64,000 nt of DNA from Callorhinchus milii (GCF_018977255.1 NW_024704743.1:113772001-113836000); one strand, 5' to 3'; positions 1-14,659 are shown, numbered from the stretch's first letter. Made by a program: numbers and translations. The notes: generated from the letters alone by a model not told the origin.

Positions 1-1127
1 TATATGTGATGGACCCTCTGTTAATTATGTTGTGTAACTTCTGATTATTATATATATCTCTATCATATTGGATGTGTTCTGTACCTTGGAGAAATCATTT
101 GCTCTGGTGGAATGGGCAGAGACAAAGAATTTCAGCATAAGTTTTATTTACTTGATACACTTACTGTATTCAGTTTTGAGCTCTGACTAATGTTCTGATT
201 GCTATTTCTTTTGAGTTATCCGGTGGCACTCAGTATGTTTGCCCCTATCGCCATCACTTGCTCTGATATTGATCCTCAGGCTGTAAGTGTTCAAACTAAC
301 TGTGACGTTCATGGTGACCAGTTCGAAGGTCAGGATCAAAACATTTCACAGTGTACAGATAATGTCCTGCTGTATGCAGCTGACCTTTGGATGTTCCTCC
401 TGAAGGTCAGAGTTTCCACTGAACAGTCTGGGGCCCTGTTAGGGTATAAACTCATATTTTAAGACCAAAGTTATGTGCTTGGTCCCGCTGACCCCACCTA
501 ATGTTCAAAGCACATTCCCATCTTAAGATTTCAAAAACCTAGGAGTGCAGATCATGTTGGATCTAAAACTTACTGTATCAAGCTAGGTTTTCCTGAAACT
601 TTGAACTTTTTCTAAAGATATAGCTCAAGGGCCAGTCCTTCCTGTTATCTCTATTAGGGAGAGTTACTATTCTGAAATATCAGAGATGGCTTTCGCCAAA
701 GGTAAAGAGGTGCCACATTTGAAGAGGGGCCTTTGGGATGGGATGGAGCTTGTTTGTGTACTCGTCATGTTCTCTTACGCTTACACTTCTGACGGCACCG
801 ATTCAGGCCTGGAATACAGTTCTACAGTGGTTAGCCAGACAACATTATCTCAGCCAAGTTACCATTCTTCATTTGTAACCCTACATATAGTGTGTTCAGA
901 CCATCAGAGTTATTGCAGCCATGCCTTGAGTACTTTTGCTTCCAAATTAAAGGTGCAGCATTTTTCAGTGTTTAATGGGTCCATGGGACCTTTTAAAGCT
1001 AGTGATTTCATTGCAGAAGTTGGAAACACTAGACATGATCATATCCAGCCTCTGCAACACACATAAAAATTGCGGTTCAGCCCACTAAAACGCATGGTCA
1101 GATGTAGAATGCATCATACTTTTGAAA

Positions 1128-1500
1128 GTGGAGTCCTGTAGCTCAGTGGTTAGAGCACTCACCTCGCAAGCAAGAGACCTGAGTTTGATTCCCGGCAGGG
1201 TGAAATGTTGGGCAAGTTTCCTTACTCCATACACCTCTATTTACCTAGCAGTAAGTAGGTACCCGGTTGTTAGTCAATGGGCGGATCGCTTTTCCGGGGA
1301 CAATAATTCCTTCAAAAAAAGATAAATTAAATGGTCACTTCAATCCACGACTGTTTGTGGGACGCTGCTGTGCACAATTGACTGCCGGGTTTCGCCACAA
1401 AATATACGGTCTATTCACTTTACAATATATTCCGTGAAGCGCTTTGAGATATCTAGAAGACGTGATCAGGCACTATATCAAATGCAAGGATTATTATTAT
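1128..1500 (+). mobile_element. tRNA-derived SINE, long variant
   Basis: A box TAGCTCAGTGG, B-box-like GTTTGATTCC, conserved body ctgtttgtgggac..gctgtgcacaattg, (tta)n tail. Confidence 0.9.
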
Positions 1501-3411
1501 AAAGTCTTAGACCTCAACTGTGGTGTGGCAGTCACCCAGGTCATTAACAATGGTTATTTTTATTATTATTCTAAAAGGGGCAAATCCATCTGCCCCATTT
1601 CTTACCTAAAGTCATACCAAGGTGCAGCTGTTGCTGTGGGATGGGATGATGATGAACTTGGGGAAGGTTCAGTGGTGTGACCATTGTCACTGGGCAATGA
1701 CTGGGCCCAGTCTGAAACTGATCATGTCATGGTTTTTTCAATAAAATTCAGTGGCAATATTTGATAATATAAATAATAATAATAATAGTCCTTGCAGTTA
1801 ACATAGAGCCTTATATCATTTGTCAACATCTCCAAGCACTTCAATGGAATTACTGTAAAGAGTAGTGACTATGTATTTGAGGAATGTAACATAATTAAAT
1901 AAAAAATAAAATATCTCTGAATGTATTGTTAACTCACAGAAATGCGATCATTTGAGTATTATTCAACTGCATGGAAATCACAACACAATTACATTTGACC
2001 GTACGTGAGTTTCACAGTAAACGCAAAAGTGATAAAGGCAAAAGGGAATTACAGTTGCCTCAGGAGTGGAAAGTTTCTAATTTCACACTTCCAATTGTGT
2101 CAATTTCAATAAGTTATAATATACAGTCATAAACATTTTAATAGGCATTTTTCCGGCCCAAGAAAATCATTTGCAGCTGTTTGGTGTTGTTACTTTGGGG
2201 TGAGGTTTGGATATCGCCTATCAGTTAGCACCTCTAAAGGAGGTGTTTGCCATAAAATGTAAAGAATGTATTGATGTGGGAATGTTGATGTTTCTTCTCA
2301 ACAGTCTACGTGCTATTTTAAAAAATGTAGCTAAAGTATGGATTCAAACAGAGCAGATGCATAGAATGTCAAAATGTAACACTTGAACAGGCAGGAAATG
2401 AGCTCCTGCACTCCTTTGAGAAATGGCCTCTTTTGCCACTCTACAATAACAAAATTCCACCTAGTCTTATCCTGTAAGACCAATTTGTCTTAACATTTAA
2501 GATTGCACAAGATTGTGGAAAATTCTTAGATTTAAGTCTTAATTTAGAAGCTGGTTCTTTTCCAAGAACTGCAGAACACCATATGCCAAATTAATTAACG
2601 TAAGGAATGTACGCCGCAAACTTTACCCCTGTTTTTCTTATCCTTTTATTTTTCTGTTGTTTTTTCTAACTTGGCCTTTTGTTACCTCGTACTTTCCTGG
2701 TCAATATTTATTTTGGGTGTTGCAATCTCTCTCCATTCCACACGAAATCCATTCTCAATGTGCGTCCCTTTGCGACTCAGCATCTCAGCACTGCCCTGCA
2801 GCCATGGTCTATGTCACATGATTGTTCTCTGCAGGACATTGACACCAGCATTAGTTAGGTTTGGCAAAAAAAGGAATAAATCTGTTTTGTTTTCTAAGCT
2901 GTGCCATCTTGAAGAGAACTTTCTGAGAGGAATATGCATACTTTATTATCAAAGAGGTATTTCTACAAGCATGCACAACTCAAACACCCTTTAATGTGAC
3001 CCATGACCTTCACAATATGAGTTGCCTTTTATGTCAGCATTCTCATGTGTTTTAACACCTGTTCAGTGTCATTTAGCCTGGGTTCTGCCAACAATAAGTA
3101 CTCACAGGATGACTTGATGGTTACAGCACATCCACATTTGACGTTTTGCTTTCACATCAGGTTTTTGTGAGTTTTGTTTTAATGAGCCTGGCTGCTTAAA
3201 TCCTGGTCCGCTTTACCTCACAAATGATCTTTCCATCAGCTGGAAAGGAAAGGCGATGATCAAATGTTGAGTTCAACAAAGTGGAGATTGTTAGGAATGA
3301 CCAAAGGTTGTTTTTTAACTGAGTGCCTCAATAAAACGTTTAACAGCAACTTACACCCTGCAATATTTTCTGTGATACACTGTGCTTCGCAAATTGTGTG
3401 CAAATGTCGCT

Positions 3412-3830
3412 CTGCTTCAGTTGGTAGCACTCTTGCCTCTGAATCATAAGGTTGTGGGTTCAAGCCCCATGTCAGAACTTGAACCACGCTGTCTAGGTTG
3501 ACAATCCAATGCATTGCTGGGGATGTGCTTCATTGTCAAAGGTGCTGTCCTTCGGATGAGATATTAAACCGAAGTCCTGTCTGCATGTTCAAGTGGACAT
3601 TAAAGATTCCACAGCACTATCGAAAACAAGCATATCTCCCAGTGTGCTACAATCCCCCAAATAAAATTGGCCATTTATTTCATGACTGCTTGTGGGATGT
3701 TGCTGTGCACAAATGGGCTGCCACATTCATCTATAAATACAATCACTCCATTTTACTGAAAATCCTGTGAAGTACTTTGAGATGTCCTGTTGATGTGAAA
3801 GGCGCTATACCACATGCAAGGATTATTATT
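3412..3830 (+). mobile_element. Older DeuSINE/SacSINE1-like SINE
   Basis: Head ggtagcactcttgcctctgaatc..ggttgtgggttcaag; core ggtgctgtccttcggatgag...taaagattccac, resembling the Deu domain as recalled. Confidence 0.75.
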
Positions 3831-4004
3831 TGTTAAAACAGGACCCTGTTAAGTCCTAGCTGCAAATATTGAAATGTTCTTTTCACATTTTAATGATGGT
3901 GGCGTCTGCCTGACTGGATTCTTGTCTAAGACTACAAGGGCAATGATCTTCAATCATATAGGAAAACATTTCAGAGCTCGATTCAGAACTCTGCCGCCCG
4001 CATA

Positions 4005-4450
4005 CTTACCCAGACCAAACTCTGTACCCACATCTCACCAGTTCTGGCCAGGCTCCACTTGCTCCCACATCACTAAACAGATCGACTTCAAGATCCTCAC
4101 GCTCATGTACAAAAAATCCATTCACTCTCTGGCACCTGCCTACCTCTCCGACCTCCTTACTCCCCAATCCACCACCCAGCGCCTGAGCTCGACTGGCACC
4201 AGCCTCCGGCTCATCCCTCAGACCCTCCGCCCCACCATCGGAAGTCGTGCATTCAGACACTACGCCTGAATCTCAATCCCTCTGCCTGGCCCCTCTCTCC
4301 CCTCTTTCAAGTCCCACCTGAAAAGCTTCCTGTTCAATCGTGCTTACGACCAACTCCCACACCCCGCTCGGAGTCAGGCTCTGTCACTGTTAAGCACTCT
4401 GAGATGCTACCCTGCACGGAGAGCACTATATAAGTGCAAGTTGTTGTTGT
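4005..4450 (+). mobile_element. L2 LINE 3' fragment
   Basis: QIDFKILTL...LAPAYLSDLL...GSRAF; tail gtgcaagttgttgttg. A second tail fragment follows at ~4510-4685. Confidence 0.85.
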
Positions 4451-5159
4451 AATGCAGAATTTTTCAGTGGGATTGGTAAGTACCAGCTAACCACCTATAC
4501 ATCTTTTCTCTTTGACCGTGCCTTCAGCTCCCCTCTCGACTCTCTACCCCCTCCTCGCTCCCTCCCTTCCCTCCCCTCACCCTGACCATTTCCCCCCTGC
4601 TCGGGTTCTGACCCAACTGTACAGTGCCTTGGACGTCCTCCCAACGTGAAAGGTGCTCTATAAATGGAATCTTGTTGTGTTGTTGCTAGTTCTTGCCATC
4701 CTTGAATACAAAATGGTTTTATGCTAAGTGGATGAATTAAAGGTGTTAATTATACATATATAGGCAGATAAGCGAAGGATTTCAATAGGGTTAAAGGTGC
4801 ATGTTTGCTGCAGGTCTAATTGCAAATTTGTATTTCCAGCTTTCTGAAACAGAGCTGTCATAATACAGGTTGTCAAAATTAGCAAGACTGAGCAACCATA
4901 TCTCTAATCAGATTCAGAATGCATTAGCTAACTGAGCAGTGTTCAGATAACTGCCTTAATTTAGAGATACATAAGATATTTATCACATTGGATGGACCAG
5001 GATGCACTGAATGTAGATTCCCCATCGATGCTATTCTCAAATCCGTAAAGCTGGGCTCACAATGTTGGACTTTCCAAATCACAAATTGTGGTTCTCAGTT
5101 GCAGGATAACAGTTGTTGATTTCCTATATCTCTGCAGCTTCAATAGGAATTGTGTCAGC

Positions 5160-5578
5160 AGGCGTCAGGGTAGTGTAGTTAGTAGCACTCTTGACTCTGT
5201 GTTGTGGGTTTAATGCCCAAATCAGGACAGCCTTGGATTAGATACTCTAAAGCTGTGTGGGGATGCACTGTATTGTCTAAGGTGCCGTCCTTCGGATGAG
5301 ACATTAAAGTAAAATTTCCTTTGCTGCCTGTTCATGTGAACATTAAAGATCCCATGGCACTATTTGAAAAGAGAAGATTTGCTCCCCGTATCTTGATCCA
5401 AACCCCCCAAAAAATTACTTATTTACTTCATGAAATGTGTGCGGCATTGCTGTGTGCAAATGGGCTGCTGCATTCATCTACATATACAGTCACAACTCTT
5501 TACAGTAAATCCTGTGAAGCGCTTTGAGACTTCCCCTTGCCACGGAAGGTGCAATATCAAATGCAAGGATTATGATTA
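5160..5578 (+). mobile_element. Older DeuSINE-like SINE
   Basis: ggtgccgtccttcggatgagacattaa...taaagatcccatggcactattt; same family as 3412. Confidence 0.75.
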
Positions 5579-7449
5579 CCTCACTGTTCTACAAATCTAC
5601 AAATGGAGGCTCACATCATGTCCTCAAATCTAGCTCCACTTATTTTTCACTATTCAGCTTTATTTTGCTAATAAGAAAAAATCTCCTGACGAAGATGACA
5701 TTACAAATGGGGAGTTTTTTTAAAAAATCTTTTAACCTATTATGAAGACAAACAATATGGAAGTACATTCATAATAATAATAATCCTTGCATTTGATATA
5801 GCGCCTCATCACGTTGTTGAGAAGTCTCAAAGAGCTTCACAGGATATACTGTAAAGTGAATTGACTTTGCATTATGTGGATAAAAAGTAGCAGCCAATTG
5901 CTGACTGCTGCCCGGATTTGAAGAAAGAGCAGAGAAATGGCAATAGTGTAGATAGTTCCAGTGGAAGACCTAGTATCAACATAAACAAATGTGCTGTAAT
6001 TTTTACATGTCTGTGATATTCCTAATTTTCATATTTGTAGCCCAATAAATTCTCAATATTTAAAGTTATTCCTACTATTTTTACTGATTTTCTACTTAAA
6101 AAATGTACAGGTTTATAAATTTGTTTGTAAAAAGATTTTGGTTTGGCTGCCTCTTTCAGCTGTGGAGATGGCATCTCAAATGGTTTCTCCTTTTTCACTT
6201 CTTCGTTGCATGGCCAAATTTATGTTTTGCAAAGTGATTCAAATAACATTTAGATCTCTCTGCTTCTTGAATGATAGGGTCCCTATCAACAGCTAAAATC
6301 CCTGACTTTTTGTTTGTTAATATTTCCTTTGGTTGTTCTTCAATCTCCCCCAATCTCTTTGTGTCTCAGCTACATTCCTTATTGTCTCATTCAGGCTGTT
6401 TCCAATACTCATTCATACAATTTAAAACTAATGCTCCATAAAATGACTGGATTTCAATCTCTTATCTCCCATCAGTAAGATTTTTAAGATAATAAATTTA
6501 AATCAAGCTGTTGCCCACCCAAGTATAAGAATATGTATTGAGGTTATACAGTTTAATAACTTTTTTTTCTATCTTTACCTATTTTTTGCTGTTTCGCACA
6601 AAACTAGTTTAAAACCTCTATAACCAATGAAAAGGACCATTAAGTGAATACATTTATTGTAGCATTAAATCTGCCTCCCTTTCTTTTAAAAACTTGGAAA
6701 ATGTAGCTTTCGATTTTTTCTCCACATTTTCAACTCGACTTATTTTCTTTTAAAATAAATCCCCCAAAAATTTCCAGTTAATTTGAAAACAGCAGAATCT
6801 GAACACAAAGAACTTCACATTGATTTTACCATCAAAAGCCAATAGCTGCTTCAGTGCTGATTCGTCCAAGGTCATTACCTTCCCCCAGTGGACCTCTGGA
6901 ATGTGTTGATGTGAAAGCGTATCCAAAGTCTATTACATAGAGGATATGTCGGGGTCAACCATGACTTATGATAAATATCTCCCCAAGGGAGACTGGCAGC
7001 AGAACCCACCAGAGGTGAAGGCACAATGAGAGATATTGATCATATGACATAGATGACTAGGATGTATCCTCTGTTACGAAAGGTTTTTACTTGAAAAGAA
7101 CAAATGCTAAAAAACTACTGAGTCTATCACACGTCAATCACTAGAAAATAGTGATTTTTTTCATTATTTGTTTAAAGTCGTATTTCCTATTCGATCTCAC
7201 AAGTATTTCCACATAATTTCCTATTCGAAAGAACTTATCAAGCGTTTGCTGTTTTTAGGGATCACTGCATGATAGACTCCGAAGTATTTTTGTAGAGGAA
7301 GGAAATAAATTGAAGAGGTTTGTTAAGCCACAAGGCCATAACCTTTAGAAATGCTGCTTGCTGCTGGATTGTGCTGTTTTTAATTTGAATGAGTCAGAGT
7401 GACAGCAGCATTGGGTTACCTGGTTTGGACATTCTAATTGCTGCTTGTT

Positions 7450-7710
7450 TTTGGTCAGCTCAATGTCTGACACATGCAGAAACTCATCACCATGCTTTGG
7501 AGGATCCAAACCAAACCGAGAATTCCATGCATCCCACCTACACATGGAAATCACAGAGATATTTGTTGGAATAGAATCGGCACTCATTCCCTCGAGGGAC
7601 TCATCCAGTTGAACTAATTCCGGAAAGTATTAGGTGAAGGTTGGCAAGATTCAAGGTATGGGGACCCCAGAGTTTATATTGGTGTACTACTGGAGTCTAA
7701 CCAGCTAATA
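7450..7710 (+). repeat. Unclassified dispersed repeat (also ~24630-25085 -, 25292-25550 +, 37089-37342 +, 37515-37667 -, 44209-44517 +)
   Basis: Shared blocks gtctgacacatgcggaaacccatca, cccacctacacatggaaat, ttggcaagagccaagg, ttaaccagctaaaa. Confidence 0.8.
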
Positions 7711-10700
7711 TCACATTGTTGTTAAATTTATGGAAAAATCCTAATAAGATGGTGTTATCACAATGAAGACACCCCCTTTGGATTAATTCAACTTCAACAT
7801 TATCTTCAGTTTGGGGAAGAAAAATGCAATATTGGCAAACTGGATTTCTAACGTTAACTGCAACAAATCCAGTTTGTAAATATCATAATTTAGAATTCGT
7901 TCGTGTTGACAAAAAACACACTTACAGAAGAAAAATGCCTTTCCTCTTGTCCTCAATGGGAGCTAAATTATTTGAAATAACTTCTTTATTCTACAAGTTT
8001 TTTGAATCCTTAACTAAAGAATTGTCAGTGAGTTATGTAGAATTAATTGATGGGCTTGAAATAACTCCCTCCTTGCTCCTCCCCATGTGGCACTGGACAG
8101 TTTTTGATTTGTGGATTTGCTATATTTATTTAAATTCTAGTAGACTTGCCATGTTTCAATAATTTTCTTTTTATTTTCTTAACAGCTAATGTACATCTCA
8201 GACTTCAGAAGGAGCTGCTTCTCCCCCCAGCACAGTCATCAACTTTCAATCACACGCAGTGAAGACAGACATCACTAAAAATGCTTCAGAGCTGCAGTTT
8301 ATTTACAAGCATTTTTGACCTTGTGTTAATAACGCATTGAGCTATTTTAAATAGCTCCTTCCTCTCTCCTGCCCCCACCAAAGAAACATGGATATAAAAA
8401 TATACCCCCACATAATATATAGTTGATTGACTTTGCGGTATATTCTGTGAAGCACTTTGTGTCTCGGAACGTAATAAGGCACAATATTAAAGCCTAGAGT
8501 TGTTATTATTATAAAAGGGAGCTGGTGTATGAGGGAAAGATATTTAAAATAGACATATGATGTAAGAGTGTAGGAGGACAAAAATATTAAGATGAACCTC
8601 CTTCAGCACTTGGATAAACAAGGAAGTCCATTTCATTTTCTTAAACTCCTGTCAGAATCCTGGGGAAAAACAAAGAGCAAGTTTTGAAAATAGCTTGGAT
8701 ATGACACGGTAAAGCAATTACTTTCTGTGCACAAATAACCACACAGTTACATTCCTGACGAAATGGGATAAAGATCCCATTGACCTTTGGATTGAGTATC
8801 ACCAGGTAGGCTTTGGAGATAATGGACAAAGAGGGTTCATTTTACAGGACAAATGACATGACATGTATTTGCTGAAGCACTGACAGATGTTCTAATTCTT
8901 TGCAAGTTCTCATAATCTGGGTGGTCAGTTCTTGTGGACAGCAGCAGTGGCTCGTTTTTTAAACAATGTGAATAGTAACCCAGAACTTCTTTGGAGTAAT
9001 TTTCATTGAGTTTGATCCTCAGCTTCCAAGTAACAATATCTGAATTGAAAGTAGCTTGATCTCTCAATCTCTACCTCCAGATGTTGACAGAGGTATTAGA
9101 TATGTCTTGTTATCAAGGGCTTTGGGACGTCCTCCTGACATGAAAGGCGCGATATAAGTGTACATTGTACTGTATTGTACTTTGATGAGAATTAGTTTGC
9201 ACTTTCAGTCAGGCAGCATATTGATCTGAAAAAACTTTGTGTAATAATAATCCTTGCATTTGTATAGCGCCTTTCACATCAGGAGTATGTCCCAAAGCAC
9301 TTCACAGGATATATTGTGAAGTGACTGTGTGGTTATTTTGTGGGCGAATGTGTCCATTGCATTAAAATGTAATATGTGATATTCAATGGTCAAAAGTCAC
9401 TTCACAGATAAGGTACTAAAAAGGTTAACTAAATATATGATATTTATAAAATTTATGGGAATTTTCCAATGTATTGCCTCCGATCAGGTTATATATAAAA
9501 TTTATATTAGCATATAGCTATACATACTGTTATTTACATATAAATACTGGGAAGTATTATCACCATCACAATGGTTTTTACTCAAACTTTACAAACTTCT
9601 TAAAATTTTAGATGCTGTATTTTTCTCCTTAATTACCCCCATGTATCATGTAATGTTTCCTAACCCAAGGGCGGATCAGATACCTTGTCCTCAAATGTCT
9701 ACCTCATCTCACTGTTGAGCTAGGCAGTGGTAAGTGCACATATTCAACCAACTTGCCCTTCATTTCCCCGACACCCATAGCGACAATGAACCCTTACCAT
9801 TGGCATAACTCAGATCAGGAATAACGAGCAAAATCTATGACTTAGATTAGTATAATAATACAAATATAATAATCCTTAAATTTGACATAGCATCAGGAAT
9901 GGAATTCACATCAGGAGGATGCCTCAAAGAGCTTCACAGGATTCACTGTAAAGTGTAGTGACTCAATTTTGTAGACAAACAATATCCCACGATGTAATAT
10001 ACCAAAAATCCACCTATGACCAACATTCTCTCCAGCAGTTATTATTCATTTTAAGTGGTGCTTGTTCCAGCAGAGATGGGAAGCAGATCCTGGAATCAAA
10101 CATTTCAGTGATATGGCTGGTGTTTGTTGCTTGCCATGTGTGAACCATGTGCAAACCACGTTTAAACACGTATGCAGAGGAATTACAGGTGCTGATAATT
10201 GTGTCATTACCAACCAATCATTGGTTGTCATTTCTATTGGCTGTTAATTACATAATTAAGGGCACTCATAACATCTCTGTACATGTGTTTACATGTGGTT
10301 TACAAATGGTGTCCAAATGGGGTATAAGAGGACATCACTGTCTGATGTGCCATTTGTTATATCACTTTACTAAAATTCTATGCAGTTTTCATACATTAAT
10401 TTATCACACTTTTTACCAGGAAAGATGAATTCTGTAGTGTGGAAATGAATTATTAACTTGGATCAGTAACAACTCCACGTTCAGTAATTTTTTGATACAG
10501 GGTTTTTTTCGCTAGGATAAAACACAGGCATCTACAGTCGTTCGACTTAGTGAAAGTTTTGATTTGAAGAAAATCTTTATTGTAGCTAATAGGAGAATTT
10601 TCTCTGATCCCTGAATGCACAATGGGGCAAAGAGGAACAGCATGAGTCAGTGCCAATTACAAGGAAGGCAGGCCCACTGTGTAAAGCCCCTTTTCATAAA

Positions 10701-12999
10701 ATGTCTGCTATCGACATGGATAGATAAGATAGGAAGTGCATTATTAACAACTCCTTTGTCAATTGAAATCTTCTGGCAGCACAGTTTTCCATCTTTCCCA
10801 CTGAAATCTGGTCCACAAGCATACTTTGAATAAAAAGCTTTATTTGGGCATCCGCGTACTCTCCCCCTGTCCCCTCCCCCATACATTTAATAGACTCTAT
10901 TAACTTCAAGACCATTAGTCAGTGCATTTTTCCCTTTCTAAAGTTTTTGGTGTACACTGAAAGAGGTCAAGGAAAAGGGAGCCTGCAGCTTGAAAACAGT
11001 AGTAATATTATAACTAAACCTGATGGAAGTCAGCATTGTAACTGCAGTCCCAGGCATTTTCCCCACCAATAGATGCCCAGCCAATACTTCTCAACAGCCA
11101 TCCTTCTTCTGGGCATACTTGCGTAATTGCAAATCATCAGATACAAAGTGCTTGCAGGAAGTCATTAATCTTTCATTAAAGTATTCTGCCATTCCTTATA
11201 CAAAGCACTCATACCTATTCCATTGTAAGCTTCCAGGGTAAGAGATTTTAATGGCAAGGATAAAGTTGATCGAGTGATAAAGGAAGATAATAAACTAGCT
11301 GTGTTAAAGAGAGTAGGGAGAAGAGAGGACAAACCTGCTTTTACTGAGGACCAGATGGAATCCCAGGCAATTATGAAATATTACAGCTGGAAACGTCGGA
11401 TTGAACCAATGGCTTTGTGCTGACAGATTGATTGAAGAAAGGCTCTTGTTTGCAGTTTAGAGCAGGTGTGGCTAGTCTGAATAGGGTGGATATGTCCAGC
11501 TGGAGGGGGCTCATCAGCCAGATGCCCAAAGTAACCGACTAGGTAAATACCACCTGCTCGCAGACGGAAAGGAGGCTTCATTTCCTGGTTGTCCTGCAAA
11601 CAGCAAATGTACTTTCCATTATGTTTATTTCAGACCCTCACGTAAACTTGGCATTCTCTCTCCCTAAAATAATCTCAGAGGCCCTCCTCTGCCATTGAGA
11701 TCTGTAGCATTTTACCGTAAGGCTTTGCATTTTAAAAAAAATTCAGATCATCAAATGGAATTATGCTTAAGAAATCTTGCAAGGAAGCAAAATGCAAAGG
11801 AGACACTAAAAATCCCTGAAGCAGAAGTCTGTCGCTGCTCATTTTTGTTTTTTCTTTATTAAAAGTTCTTAATTTTCTTTGTACAATTAGGGTAATAATC
11901 ACTCCCAAGAAAAACATTTCGTTCACAAATTATGCAGCAAATCCACTTCTCAAATGTGAAGCGCTTGGAGACGTCTCATCGACGTGATAATGCGCTGTAT
12001 CAAATACAAGGATTATTATTATTACTATTACAAGTAAATGTCTAAAAGTTGGGGATATGACAGGAACAGCAGATAAGTAAATGGGGGCAGGAATAGCTCA
12101 TTGATCAAAATATTAATATTCATTCCAGCATTCTACCTTCATTTTACTATATATTATTTTTTAAAAGTCCTTATCGGGTTTCTGAACACATTTCCAAAGT
12201 AAGCACAGAATGGTGGCAGTGGCAGTAGTCGTGGAGTACATCTGTTGGTGAAGGTGAAGTGTGCTGAGCACAAGCTGGGTAATCCATTCCAGACATGTGT
12301 AATGCAGAGGAAACAGGTGCAAACAATTGAACTTGCTGTCAGTAAGATCCAGTGATCTCTTTTGATATCTTAATCATCAGTTCATCCAAATGCAACATTA
12401 GCAACATCACTGTCATACCAGACTCCTTACTGCACATCTGCAAACTTTTCACTGCCTCTGATCTCCTGTGATTTCATGAATCTCCAGCATCGATGAAATG
12501 GGCACCAAAAAAAAACTTTAATTAAGCTATATGATAAGAGGGGAGGTTCAAGAAAGCAGACACTTAATTATTAATGGTACCCAACCACTGTATTGGTGCT
12601 GTTCTGGCCTAATGTTTTCACACTTTTCCTTTAAAATAAGACACAACAATTTTCTCTCAGTCTTTAACCAGACCTTTAAGCAAAGTTATTGAGAATAAGA
12701 TTGAGGATAACAACAGTATGTAATGCACAATAAAAAAAATCCATAGAGCTGGAACAATGGCATTTTTCATGAATTATTATACTGTAATACTTTACTGCTC
12801 AATCATGGATCAAATATTGATGTAAACAATTTACGAGAACATGTAGAAATGAACTTTCAGATAATGGAAGAAAATAGCCGTTCTTTTTTATTAGACCCCA
12901 TTCATTTTTATTTCATTGTCAAATTTAGCTTCTCAATTGTTGCCTATTATTGGGTTTCTCAAGCACATAAATACTATATTGTCATTTAGTTAAAAAATT

Positions 13000-13405
13000 C
13001 TCGGCCTCACCTTCAAGGCCCTCCGTCTTGTCTCTTCCTACGTCTCCGACCTGCTAACCCCTTATCAACCTGCCCGCTCCCTCCGCTCAGCAGGCTCCAT
13101 CCTGCTTCACATCGCCTGCCCCATCATTGGCAGGCAGGCCTTCAGCCACTCTGCCCCCACCCTCTGGAACTCCATCCAACAGTCCCTCCACCTTGCCCAC
13201 TCCCTTGCCTCTTTCAAGAGCCATCTCAAGACCCTCCTTTTCGACCACGCCTTTGATCACCCTCCTTCCCCCCACCACCCCCTCCCCTACACCCTCCCCG
13301 ATCCCGACCCCCATCTCGGGACCCCAACACTGATTGTCTAGCACTTTGGTATGTCCTCCCGACGTAAAAGGCACTATACAAATGTAATTTTGTTGTATTG
13401 TATTT
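13000..13405 (+). mobile_element. L2 LINE 3' fragment
   Basis: Similar to the 3' end of the 22340-23085 and 48325-50001 copies. Confidence 0.85.
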
Positions 13406-13483
13406 CAAGTTAAAAGACTAACATAATCACTTTTTAAAAGTAGCACAGTTAAAAAGAACTATGGCTAATTTAAAAAAGCTATT

Positions 13484-13828
13484 ATAATAATAATACTCCT
13501 TGTATTTGAGACGTCTCAAAGCGCTTCAAAGAATATACTGTAAAGTGAATTGACTGTATTTTTTGTGGGTGAAATGTGGCAGCCAATTGCATACAGCAGT
13601 GTCCCATAAACAGTCGTGGATTGAGTGACGATATTATTATTTATTTTTTGACTGAATTATTACCCCCGGAAAAGCAACCCGCTAATCAGCTAGCAACCGG
13701 GTTCCTACTTACTGCTAGGTAAACAGAGGCGTGTGGAGTAAGGAAACTTGCCCAACATTTCGCCCTGCCCAGGAATCGAACCCAGGTCTCTCACTGGCGA
13801 GGCGAGTGCTCTAACCACTGAGCTACAA
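13484..13828 (-). mobile_element. tRNA-derived SINE, long variant
   Basis: Reverse-complement copy of the 1128 family. Confidence 0.9.
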
Positions 13829-14659
13829 GAATGAAAGCATCTTACTTTTGAAGATTGACTAAACAATGAGTTGGGTAAGTGGCAGAGGTCAGCAGTGGGT
13901 GGGTGGGGGGGAGGGTCTATAGAGTAATTTCCCAAGGCCTTTTAGCATCATGTTATTTGTGCGAGTTAATCATAATTATGGCAGCTTTATAAAAGAGGTG
14001 CTGATGGTGAGAATCCTTTTAACTACACTTGAAGGAACCTGAAAAGACAGTGGATTATTTTTTGAGCTGTTGCGGTCGCTAATATTCTTTCTGCTTCGCG
14101 TGCAGGGTTTAGTACATTTCATTCATTGTTCTGAGGTTGAGAGGCTTATGAGGAAACAGAATGTGCAGGTGAGTAGGGATGACCTACAATATTGAACTCA
14201 GTTAAAACAACACAGCAATTTGACAGCATGTCACATTTTTGCATATTCTCGATTTACATACAAAAGCAGTCATTGTTTTTGACATTATTTGTGAGGGGCT
14301 TTGAAACATCGCAACATGATAGGGCAAGTCATTTCAATCTATAACTTCACAGTTTGTCTGGTGCACTCATTGATATGCATGTCTATTGCTTTTGGGGCTC
14401 TCTTTTAGCTTAACCAGTGTGTTGGAGTGCATCCCCCAGCCGGGTAATCTAATCAAAGTCCTACAGAAAAGCAAATAGCACTTGCTGAAAATGGTTAACT
14501 TATGCTCTGTGTATACTGCCTCTGGGCACAGGCGATCCAGGACAATTCTAGTTTCTATCCAAAGCTGATTCTAAGAGACCACCAAAGAACATGGCTTCAC
14601 ATGAGGTCGATCTTATCTGACCAACCTCAGAGACTTTTTTTAAGGACGTGATGATGACC

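Noticed and set aside
199..1066. ORFs at the window start as a possible gene or LTR element
   Set aside because: No recognisable domain, splice pattern or paired LTR.
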